DNA of 62,633 nucleotides, counting the filler, from Squatina squatina (Eukaryota): assembly GCA_031763465.1 (NCBI GenBank). It is 4 parts of 4 records of this genome, joined end to end, with 100 filler letters (N's around TTAATTAATTAA, not from the genome) between each part and the next. Parts side by side here need not be neighbours in the genome. Positions count along the whole stretch, not along the records: positions 35,662 to 47,863 come from JARFOE010000004.1; positions 47,964 to 62,633 come from JARFOE010000016.1; 2 more parts are not named here. One strand, written 5' to 3'. This document shows positions 37,801 to 49,070 of this stretch, piece after piece. Every line of letters begins with the position of its first letter. The stretch's first letter is position 1. A program made the position numbers and the translations under genes. The notes beneath the pieces were generated by a model that saw only the letters and a program-made list of their open reading frames with translations, had not been told where the DNA came from and made no database searches.

Positions 37801-38659
37801 GTTAGTTATACCTTTTCAACAACAAAAACATTCTCTCAATACCACTGATGTCTTATTGTGTCAGTTACATTTCAAATGAATTGTATCTTTAATTATCACC
37901 CCTCACTTCTCAGAGTACAGTCCTGTTCTCTATTTTTCAAACTCTGGATTCTTGAAGCTGTGATTTCTGAACTATGACCCAAGTGATCTTCAGAAGGCTA
38001 GCACACTTACCGCTTTTAACAATGTTTTTGAGCAGAATAGCAAGTATAAGATATAGATCACTTAGCTTTCTTTCCAGTGTATTTTTATTTTTGCTTTGTC
38101 TCCTGTAATTATGGGATGACCCAAAATATTTGTCTATTGGCCTCCAAATGTTTGTAACACTTAAGATTGTGATTGTTTCCATCCAACATGAACAAAAGAA
38201 AAGTATGCTACATGAACATTTAAAATTTGCTAGGCAGTGTTGATCACTTTTAATTTTTATTTGTATTCGGATGTACTATTCTGAAAACAAAAATGTTGTT
38301 GTTTCATCCAGTTAATGTTGATTTTTTTTTTACTGAAAACCACTGCAAAATGAAATAAAATTAAAGTAATTTGACAACTTATTACTAACAATAAACTATT
38401 TACATTTTGATAACCCATAGATGTATTTTATTAAAATTAGGTTGTTGAGGTTCCCTGGTTAAATCTTAACTAATTTGCATTAAGTGATCAACTTGTGGAC
38501 ATAGCCTGTGGCGAACAGGGATAAATTCTGCAGATATTTGTTTGAAATCTGAAGCATAGTGAAGATGGAAAGGTCCATACCTACATATGTGATCTAATCA
38601 GTAAAAAAAAAAGTACTATATTGTATTAATAAAATGCATCAGACTGCTTTATTAAAGAA

Positions 38660-38870
38660 AGAATGAACTTGCTATAGCCCCTTTAATTACCTCAGGATGT
38701 CCCAAAGCACTTTACAGCTAATGAAGTGCTTTTCAAGGGCAGTCACTGTTGCAATGTAGAAAATCTGCCAACCAATTTGCACACAGCACAATCCCACAAA
38801 CAGCAGTGAAATAAATGGCCAGATCATCTGTTTTAGTGATGTTGGTTGAGAGGTAATTGTCTAAGGATAT
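38660..38870 (-). mobile_element. Deu-domain SINE copy
   Basis: Reverse complement of the 19125-19330 element (GATGTCCCAAAGCACTTTACAGC...TTTTAGTGATGTTGGTTGAG). Confidence 0.7.
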
Positions 38871-40179
38871 TNNNNNNNNNNNNNNNNNNNNNNNNNNNNN
38901 NNNNNNNNNNNNNNNNNNNNNNNNNNNNNNNNNNNNNNNNNNNNNNNNNNNNNNNNNNNNNNNNNNNNNNNGGGGACAAAACCAGCTGAGCGTCCGATCC
39001 CGGGGTGTGGGCGATAGGCAAATATAGGGGAGGGGTAGACTTAGAGCTGCAGCTGCCAGCTCAAGGGGGTACACTCACTGACCAGTGGTACAATATGGAG
39101 ATGAGTCTTGTGAACCGGGAACTCTACCGAGGACATTGTTTGCCCAGGGACACAGTACCTCAGCTGGGGACTGTCCCTGGGATATGTGGTCACCCTAACT
39201 TACTGCCATTGTAGAAGCAAAGATTGCAGCAAGTCAAGGAGAAGGCCCATCACAATCTTCTCAGGGCAACTGGAGATGGGCAATAAATGTGGCCCTATCC
39301 GCGCCAGCCACATCCCAAGGACAAATTTAAAGAATGCTGCAGAACAGCTCAGTTCGTCATTCAAGAGCGTCTAATAATGTTTGAAACAGTTTAATCAAAA
39401 TGAGATTGTCAATATTTAAAACATTCTCTAAGTGTGCAACTCAAATTGAAAACACATTTTCAATTTTATTATGTCACCTTTTCGATTTTATCTTAATAGA
39501 AAAATAAATAGGAGTTCATTACGGGAAACAAAAGTAACATTTAAACCAAAATAAAAGTTAAATTTTCCAGCTAAAGCTAATAATATTAGAAACTACAATT
39601 AACACATGGAAATAGAGTCATTCTGCTGCATACCCCTTTTAGTCATTTACCACAACTCAATTACCCTTCTGCTGAACCTGATCCCCCAAATGACCCCAGC
39701 CCCTCTGATTTATCTACCTAACTGAGCCATAGCTTATTATACCCTTTCATAGGGGATTAGACAGTCATTACCTATATAGATGAATGGAAACAAATCTCCA
39801 TCACAGACTCATGGCATTTACATTAGCAACCTGTGCAGATGTTGGATTCACACTGTTTTACTTTTTAAATACGTCAATTCTGCTTCACACTATTAATAAT
39901 TTTGAGGCTTTGGGAATATAAAATAGAGCAGTACTTGTTCCTTTCATCTAGGTATTGCTTCTGGCAGGATTTCCAAGTTTCCTCTTGTGCTTAAATAAAT
40001 TACTAAAAGAACTGAGAGTCCCTGAACCCATGGCTCATTAGTCAAAACATAATTAATCTTTTCACCTAAACAGGTTAGATCATTATAGATGCTCTACTTA
40101 CTTTATGAAGTAAAACATTATTTACTATACTGTCAGAAACTGTGTAATGTGCCTGTCTTCTGCCGTTGTCAGGTTACCC

Positions 40180-40290
40180 TTGTATCTTCTGACGAAGGGT
40201 CATCGACCTGAAACGTTGACTCTGTTTCTCTCTCCACAGCTGCTGCCTGACCTGCTGAGTTTTTTCCAGCATTTTCTGTTTTTATTACAG
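40180..40290 (+). mobile_element. Penelope-like element terminal repeat with minimal hammerhead ribozyme core
   Basis: CTGACGA-AGGGTC-ATC-GACCT-GAAA-CGTT is followed by CTCTGTTTCTCTCTCCACAG.TGCTGCCTGACCTGCTGAGTTTTTCCAGCATTTTCTGTTTTT. Opposite-strand relatives lie at ~18125, 26886, 34368, 36068, 40795 and 58880. Confidence 0.7.
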
Positions 40291-40794
40291 TCCCCAGTCT
40301 GGTGTTTTTCAAATGGAATTGTTTGACATTTTCTCTGCTAATTGCATTAACCTGACCCGAAGCTTCTTTTGTTAATGATCAGTAGCTGAGAGTGTTTTCA
40401 ATGTTCTCTAATTTGTCCAGGATTACTGGAGAGGCCCCTGTCAGTTATTCCTGATAAATTAATAACCAACTCACAATTTCACCAGAGATGATCAGATTTG
40501 TATAAGTTACTATTTATAGGATCTTGTGCACAAAATAGCTGTTACCTTCACTTAAATAACAGCAGTGACTGCATCAAAACCTGTCACACACCAGTATTTC
40601 ATGGAGCGTGACATGTTTCTGAGATGCTCTATAAATGCCTGTCTCTTTTTTTTCTTCTTTCTCAGTTTCTTTTCCCCCCCCCTCAATCTTTTAATACATG
40701 TTGACCCCTCTCGACACCGGACCTCACCAGTAAGTTTGACACTTGGCATTCCACGAATTGAGATCTATGATGGTAAATCCTGATGATAAATGAT

Positions 40795-41084
40795 GATGCT
40801 GGAATCTGAGATAGAAACAGGAAAAGCTGGAAATACTCAACAGGTCAGTCAGGCAGCATCCGTGGAGAGAGAAACAGAGTTAACGTTGCAGGTCGATGAC
40901 CCTTTGTCAGAACTGGAAAAAGGTAGAAATGTAGCAGGTTTTTAAGCAAGGGCAGGGGCAGGGAAAGGCGGGAGGGGGAGGAAAGTACAAAAGGGAAGGT
41001 CTGTGATAGGGTGGACGGCAGGAGAGATTAAGGGTCATTAAGAGATGGTGCGAGACAAAAGGAAATGGTAATGGGCGAGGTAAG
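40795..41084 (-). mobile_element. Penelope-like terminal repeat, inverted relative to the 40180 copy
   Basis: Reverse complement reads CAGTT-CTGACAA-AGGGTCATCGACCT-GCAA-CGTT-AACT-CTGTTTCTCTCTCCAC; the hammerhead core carries two substitutions. Confidence 0.7.
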
Positions 41085-43724
41085 NNNNNNNNNNNNNNNN
41101 NNNNNNNNNNNNNNNNNNNNNNNNNNNNNNNNNNNNNNNNNNNNNNNNNNNNNNNNNNNNNNNNNNNNNNNNNNNNNNNNNNNNTCATACTTAAAAACCA
41201 TTAGCTGACATCAATAATTACATCACCAATCTATAATAACATTTAAAAATTAATTTTACCATATGAATTCGATCATCAATGCTTGCTTTCAATGCTTGCT
41301 TGACTTCAATTTAAATCACTTAAAAAAAAATATATGTAACACATACAATTTTACTAATGATATAATTTGAGAAAAGCATGCTATATGCTCAACAAGGACA
41401 AATCCACAAAAAGAATGAAAAACAAAATCCTCACTTGAACACTATTTGAATTATGATGTTGCCAACACAATCTTTCCTCTTCATATCTATGAAAATCAGT
41501 CATGTGCATTTGATTCAAGCAGGTTTTTTTTAGTGCCTCTTCCCACCCTGAAATGCTCAGCTAGCTTACGTAAACCAGTTTCTATGCATTCACAGCAATC
41601 TAGAAATCCATAAACCCGTTGATGTATGTATTTACCTCAGGCTCTCTACATCATTATTCCCTTGGTTTAAGCAAATTAACTCTAAAGTGCTAGTAGAAAA
41701 TAACATGTAGTGAAAGTAAATGAATAATGAATCACAGTGCTTTGACCATATTGCTAAATCATATTTTTGCCATTCTGAATTATTTACTGCTCTCAAAAAA
41801 AAATTATACGCACTGATCTCATGTAAAACTCTTCCCTAAAGCTCTGGCCAGGAAACAGACAGTCAATGCATTGCTGCCTCTTGGAAATTTAACTGGGGTT
41901 CAAAGGCCCACTGGAACACAAGTGTGTCATGAATTCAAACAGNNNNNNNNNNNNNNNNNNNNNNNNNNNNNNNNNNNNNNNNNNNNNNNNNNNNNNNNNN
42001 NNNNNNNNNNNNNNNNNNNNNNNNNNNNNNNNNNNNNNNNNNCACAAGTGTGTCAGGAATTCAAACAGTAGTTTAATCCAACCCCATGCATCTATTTTCT
42101 TTTTAAATATCAGCATAATAAATTGGCTAATGGCAGTTTTGGAGTAGACCAATCAACATTTATAGCTGTTTAATGTCAATATTCAAAAACTGCAGCATAT
42201 AAGAAATATAAAATGGTATTAGCTGAGAATGATTGTGAAATAGATATCAATAAAGAATAAAATGAGCTGCAATTAAAATTAACTCATATTGGTATAGGAA
42301 GTAATATGAATGTTCAAATGTTGCCATTTAATACATGAAAACCTAAGATTCCAGTTTGACTGTTATCATCTCAGAGGGTAGTTCTGAATATCTTTTTTGG
42401 TATTTGCATGGACTGATATGTGCCCTGTGTCCTAAACTATGAGAATAGCTCTTAATCTAGTTAGGTGAATATCCACTGGCTATTGAACAAATACAGAAGA
42501 GGCAAATAACAAATTTCATGTAGACTCAAGTGCCAAAAAGCATTTGTAACTCATTGCTGGAAATTTAATAGACTGCACACCAGTACAGCTTGCCGAGACT
42601 GATCATATGTAATGAGTTAAAGATTTCAGATCTATAGATTTAATCAGGATCCATACTAATGTCCTATGCAAATTAGTCTGAAGCAAATGCAAATAAAATG
42701 AATACTCTTCAGAACAGCTTCCCTTCGAAATAACTATACTGGTTTAATTTGCTTAGGTCACACAAACAAAATACTACCTTTCTCAGGGAATCTCTGACAG
42801 CAGAAAATTAATGTGTGTCTGTTCACAACCAATGGGAATTGAAACATTCAAGTTAATAATGTTTGCAACAATAAACTCATATATATATATAAATATACTG
42901 CTATATATATATATTATATAAATGTATTGAAAATGGATTAGGAGCTACAATATTACATGTTAACCAAATGTCAATAAAGCAATACTGAACTTGAACTTTC
43001 CAACTGAAGTAGCTAACATGCAAAATAACGATTATGTAGGAAACTTTCTTAACTGTAAGTGACCTTGATCCTCATTTCCTCTGAGATTTTACTGTACTTT
43101 TTTTTCATTTTAAAAGCCATAAGAACCAATGTTGACAGTTAGATCCTCCTGCTTAACATTGCTTCAGTGAGTGTTTTTTTACAGCCATTTCCCTCTGAAT
43201 TCTGATTTGTGTCTCTGGATGCGACAATAGTTCTCTTATCTGATTAAGTTTGCACAGAACTGTAATGGTTTCTTTCTGCAGAGCATTCCTAATTACGTCT
43301 GAATCACGCTTTTTCCCTGAAGAAAAAAAGATAAAAATGTATTTCATTTAACAAAAGCTGATTTAATTTTACTATTTATGATTCAAATTTAAATATGTAA
43401 AAGAAATGTACTGTGTCACTAGCACAACCAGCATTATAAATAAATACTTGTAGCATCCATGCGCACAAGCCGATTCAGCTTACATATAACTTAATTTTGC
43501 AAAATGAATAAATCTNNNNNNNNNNNNNNNNNNNNNNNNNNNNNNNNNNNNNNNNNNNNNNNNNNNNNNNNNNNNNNNNNNNNNNNNNNNNNNNNNNNNN
43601 NNNNNNNNNNNNNNNCCACCTATAAGGTAGTTGCTTGCAGCATGAACTTGGAAAATTAGCATTTGCATATATATATAAATATATTTCATACATTTCACAT
43701 TCATTTACTTTAACTCTTGTTCTC

Positions 43725-43730
43725 TTTATT
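43725..43730 (-). promoter_or_regulatory. Candidate polyadenylation signal for the AKAP7-like transcript
   Basis: AATAAA on the minus strand ~470 nt after the stop, within an AT-rich UTR-like tract. Confidence 0.35.
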
Positions 43731-44199
43731 AATAAACCTCTATAATTATATAAAAACCTTCTAATAAAATATGTAAAAATACTCCAGAATCCTTCATCTT
43801 ATTGTTCAATTCATTTCATTTGAATTTTTTCACATATTTACTTTATCATTTTACATTAATTTTGTTCGATTGTGTTTCACTATCTTTGCTGTTACAATTA
43901 AAAAAAATAGCAGTTGTACAAATTAAATCAATGAAATTGGTGCCGTGAAGAAGAATCAGATATTTGAGACCCTCTCGTCACATGAGGTCCAAACACAAGC
44001 ATTTAGACACTCTCTCCTTCAGTAATTGCGTTGGAGAACCTTGGAAGAATAAATTGTGAAGGTCTTGATTATTTCCATTCATTTAAATTTTTTTCCAAGC
44101 TTTCTCATCCTTGGTACATTGAACGTTTGAGACAGATCCTGTGTACTCATAAAAATACTCTGTGCACACACTAAACACGTGCTTTAAAATGTAACATTT

Positions 44200-44381
44200 T
44201 CATTTCTTGTTGAGATTGTTTGGATCAGTGTCATTAAACGTTACTGCGGTAATTTTCTTCTTCTGTTTTGCTTTAGTTTGTGTTTCCTCTAGGTACTGCT
44301 GTACAGCTTTAATCACAGCGGTCTCCACTAGACGTTGACTCAGCCTGACCAGTTCTTCCTCATCAGGTTCATTCTTTTCTC
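44200..44381 (-). CDS. AKAP7: AKAP7 (AKAP18)-like last exon: PKA RII-binding amphipathic helix
   Basis: Translation (G)[36 protein letters not shown]... versus AKAP7 [36 protein letters not shown]. Acceptor GGCGTGTAG|GA is phase 1. Confidence 0.92.
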
Positions 44382-46043
44382 CTACACGCCATAACAAACA
44401 AAACAGGTGAGATATCACCTTTCAGCAGAACACACCGAATCTTTACCATATTCAGCAATAACTTGCATTTATATAGCACCTTTAAAGTGGAAAAACCTTG
44501 AAAGGTGGTTCACAGAAGCACACCACCATTTCTTATTTGTGACCAAGTTTACATAATTAACTTTTCTGTTGAAGCATTANNNNNNNNNNNNNNNNNNNNN
44601 NNNNNNNNNNNNNNNNNNNNNNNNNNNNNNNNNNNNNNNNNNNNNNNNNNNNNNNNNNNNNNNNNNNNNNNNNNNNNNNTTTCTGAACCTTATAGATGCC
44701 AAGGAGTGAGATCAGTCTATAGATACAAAATATAGATAAATCATATCAATATATGAATCATGGCTTCATGCAGATTTCTCTGACCTGGGAATCTAGGTAT
44801 GCAAGGTATGATCAACCACTTGGCACAAAAAGTTGCAGCTGTGACTTTTATAGTGAGATACATTGATTTTTTACAGTAGCTGCCTCAATTTATGGTTTGT
44901 TTTCTAACTGTAGGGTTTTTTCACTCCCCAACTCCTATGTCACTGTCTTGAGTCAGGAATTTACAGAAAAATATCAGCTGATATGGATGTGAACCTCCGA
45001 GAGGAGTGGACTTAAAAAAATAAAACTGGTTAGGCAGCTAGCTGGTAACTTTAAAAACAAATGAAAATAACACTTTGTATGGGCAATGTTCAAGGATGTG
45101 TACAGTTTTGTGCTACTATGTGGTTGGTGTTGGGGGTATAGTAGGTTGGTTGTACCACTGATGTAAAACCATCTTGGAAAAGATTGAATGCCTTCAAGTC
45201 ACCTGAATGGCCCCAATTCAATATCGGTATTTCATGTTATTCTGTTTTATTTGATTACTTATTCCAGTACATGAAAGCCTGATTTTTATTAATTAAACTT
45301 GCACTCTCTCAGTGACACATTCTAGGCCTCGTGCAGTAGCATAAGGAAATGCTTGTCACACGCATTGTGATGCAAGCAAATGGAAGATAGCGATCACGTG
45401 ACTGGTTATTACAAGATTGTTGTCTTTTTTTGCAGTGAGAGGTCAACCATTCACTGTCTTTCCTAGCTCCACTTGGAACTTATCTTCCACTAATTTTTCA
45501 ACATTACCCTTTCATCCTGAACACTAGTCTGGTTTTCCAAACAAAATCACCATCCCAACTAGAAGATATACTGGCTTCCTTTACAAAGAGAAAGGTCCAG
45601 CAACTCCACTTTACTAGGGTGTTATGACATATTATTGATATTCTTCCCTCTCACTCTTTAAAAAAAAATGTACTGCAGGTTTTCACCTCAGAACTAAAAA
45701 TAACTCCCTCTCCAAATGAAATGCGCCAATGCATCAATTTACCTTTGCTGTTCACTAAATATGTTACTCCTTACAGCTCTGGTTACTGGAATTTAATCAT
45801 AGAAGTGAACAACTAGTGCACCGTTATATTTTTGTGAAAAAATACCTGGCTTTGTGTCCTCACCTGTGCTTTTTTAACCATAATAATTATGCACAGAAAA
45901 TAACCCCCCTTCTAATCCGTTGGGACTTTCAAGTGAGAGCATCCACTGAATTCACAATTGAATTTGTCCCACTTCCCTCTCTGTAAACTCATTCAAACAA
46001 AGAGGAAAAAATGGTGAAGAACTGCATCTGAAACATCACCTAC

Positions 46044-46086
46044 CAGTCTTATCGTAACAGGATCGAAAGCAGCACAGCTGGCCCAT
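46044..46086 (-). CDS. AKAP7: AKAP7-alpha-type first coding exon (myristoylation/palmitoylation motif)
   Basis: GCTGCC-ATG-G Kozak context; encodes MGQLCCFRSCYDKT(G) versus AKAP7alpha MGQLCCFPFSRDEGKI. Donor CTG|GTAGGT is phase 1 and splices in frame to 44381. Confidence 0.9.
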
Positions 46087-46287
46087 GGCAGCCTGTGGTT
46101 TTCACGTTGTTCCCCTTAACCACTCCAAACCACTGATCAATGATCTGTACAGCTGTGGAAAAAAAGCTTTTCTCTACTTTCACAGGGAGGGGGGAACTCA
46201 AGGCAGTAGCTTGCAAAGAGCTCCACCTCCCTGTCAAGCTTACTCATGTAATCGCTTTAAGATTGACAGCAAAACAGCCATCCTCGT

Positions 46288-46335
46288 TCTCTCTCCCTCC
46301 CTCTCTCTCTCTCACTCGCTCTCTGTCTCTCTCCC
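46288..46335. repeat. (CT)n-rich low-complexity tract upstream of the AKAP7-alpha ATG
   Basis: TCTCTCTCCCTCCCTCTCTCTCTCTCACTCGCTCTCTGTCTCTCTCCC. Confidence 0.7.
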
Positions 46336-47199
46336 TAGTCCCACCCTCATGCCAAATATTGTCTCCTTATTAATGATGCTATCCCTCAGTAATTAATTTA
46401 AAACTGTGGCACACAGCAAGTANNNNNNNNNNNNNNNNNNNNNNNNNNNNNNNNNNNNNNNNNNNNNNNNNNNNNNNNNNNNNNNNNNNNNNNNNNNNNN
46501 NNNNNNNNNNNNNNNNNNNNNNAATATCATGTCCAAGACATCCTTGTACTTAATTTGTCTGTGTTTTGTTCTTTGGAGCCTTAGGAAGATTACGTGTTGC
46601 TCTACGCAGAGGAAGAACTTCAAGGTGTGCATGAACTTCTTGTAATTAGAATCATGTTTGCTGCTATATTTGAAGGCCTCATGTCGTCAAAGTGAAGGAT
46701 GAGGGAGATTACTTTGATTGTCACAAGTCCTAACGTAGCATTAAGGATTTTTTATACTTTCTTTGTTCAAGAAACTTTTGTAGGGAAAGCAGGAAAGCTG
46801 ACATTATGAATCTCCCAGCTATTAAGAATCTTCCTCTAATAATAATAGGAAAGAATCCCAAAAATGGGAAATGCTCCAGCATTGCTTTATCAGTATGCTG
46901 CTCACAATCCAGGCAGCTGGATAATTTGCATTTATCCCAGAGTTAATATTCTGGCAAAATCTGCTGGCAACGAATGGTGAATTATTCTTTTTTTTAAGTT
47001 TAGTGTAGTTGCTTTTCAACATATATTTTAATTACCTCACCCTGAATCCCAATGCAGCAAAATTGCAGTCAAGTTGGACACTATAGAGTGAGGAAAGCCA
47101 ATTCTATGGACCAAGAATTGGAAGCATTATTGCAAGGAATTAGGGAGAGGCGGTATAGAATATATGGGACTGATGGCCACATACCTGCTAGAAATGCCT

Positions 47200-47520
47200 A
47201 ATGGCTGAATGCAGGCCTCATCAGTCAACCATTACAGTGTCGGATGTGGCTCACTCACGTGCAGGACCCTTGCAATGCACAGTTCAAGGAAACCTAGGGT
47301 CAACAGAATACCAGTCAGCACCTGGCACATCAGTCACTCATGTTTCACGAGCTTCTTCCCCATTCTCACTCCTCCCTCCTGCACTGGCATACCTTCTGCT
47401 CCTCCATCCACTCTAGCTTCCCCTCCAGATAAGGCTAGCGCAGATATGTGTTGCAAAATAAATGCATCCTGGGAGATGCCGTGAATCACGATTCTGTTCT
47501 GGTGGTCACAGGCCACTTAG
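47200..47520 (-). mobile_element. Degenerate Harbinger transposase fragment
   Basis: ACDHQNRIVI.GISQDAFILQ resembles VCDH..RI....PGS.HDAFIL of HARBI1-like transposases. Confidence 0.45.
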
Positions 47521-48739
47521 ATATTTTGAGTAAAATCCCTCCGTTCAAGTAAGTCACAGCATTATGGGCAGATGTTTGAATGTTTACATGGATGCAATCA
47601 ATTACCAGTTGTAGTCATGGAAAGCTAGCAATGCATTAGAATTGTGCAGCCATCTCATGCTGCTACTGCTATTCAGTGACAAATGTTATGAAAGTGTTGG
47701 CCTTGAATAAAGCACCTCTCACCTCCATGATTCACCTCTGGGTGGTGAACTGAATAACACTGCATATGTCCTCAGCACGAGCCTGGAAGGTACCTGAATG
47801 GAAACTGAGGGCTAGAGTTACCGTGAAGATACTGGTAGTGATATCCAGATAGGCACTGACAATNNNNNNNNNNNNNNNNNNNNNNNNNNNNNNNNNNNNN
47901 NNNNNNNTTAATTAATTAANNNNNNNNNNNNNNNNNNNNNNNNNNNNNNNNNNNNNNNNNNNNTGCGAGGGCTTTCTTTCCAACACACAGAATTTGGCCC
48001 AGAAATTCACAACCGTAAAATCAGCAGTCGGCTGTTCGCCCTGTACAATAAAGAAATAAACAAATGAGTTTGCTAAATAAGTAGAGAGGATTCCCAGGGA
48101 CAATAGCTGTTTGCCATCTGACAGGCAGCTCCTGTCAGCAGTAAAGCAGCCTCTACAAAAGAACATGGCTTCAGTCTGGGGAAAGTGCTAAGTTGGCAAG
48201 CCAATTTAATTTTTGTTCTAATGGCAGGCTAGTGATTGTCCTGACACTACAGTAAATCACATACAGATGACCCCAGAAATTGAACTTTCTGGACTAAAAA
48301 GGCATGGAGCTAGCAAAATAAAATATAATTGAAAAATAAATACACTCAGCAGAAAGCACATTTAAGGGTCGCAGCCCTCCTCGTGACCATTTCCAATAAT
48401 GGTTTTTGTGATAATGGACTTTCAAATTAGTTACTAAGACAGGGCTAAACAATGTCAGGCTTTCTACAGAAACTGCATTAAATTAATATTAGCCTGTCTG
48501 TCTCCGAGTATCGAGGGCTCACGAGGTGAGTGTTCTGGGCAACAAGGGTTCTGGATTTGGTCTCTGCTGAGCTCGGTCATTGTGGAGGTGGAGGTGCTAC
48601 GACCGCCCTCAGTGATCCTGGGCTCGCGAGGGGAGGAATGAGCCAGTGTTAGTGCAGGATCACTACTCAGTGTAACCTGCTGATTAACTGGACACTTGGA
48701 TATCAGTTGAGGACAGAACGAGACACAGTCCACTGGAAT

Positions 48740-49070
48740 CATACAATTTAGAAGCAGTCCAGTTGGCCCATCGTGCCTGTACCAGCTCTTTGAAAGAGCT
48801 ATCCAATTAATCCCATTCCCCTGTTTCTTCCCCACAAGACTGCAAGTTTTATATATCCAATTCCCTTTTTGAAAAATACCACTAAATCTGCTTCCACCAC
48901 CCTGTCTGGCAATGCATTCCAGATCATAACAATTTTCTGCGTTAAAAAAAATGTTCTCTTCATCTCCCTCCTGGTGCTTTTGTCAATTATTTTAAATCAG
49001 CTACTCACCTCACAGTGGAAACAGTTTCTCGTTATCTACTCTATCGAAACCCTTCATAATTTTGAACACC
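48740..49070 (-). mobile_element. CR1-type LINE 3' fragment
   Basis: GGCCCATCGTGCCTGTACCAGCTCTTTGAAAGAGCTATCCAATTAATCCC...GCTTCCACCACCCTGTCTGGCAATGCATTCCAGATC; a plus-strand relative lies at 62140-62480. Confidence 0.7.

Noticed and set aside
41910-42070. Sequence duplicated on both sides of a gap (also 59558-59740)
   Set aside because: Most likely collapsed short tandem repeats or contig-end overlap; uninformative.
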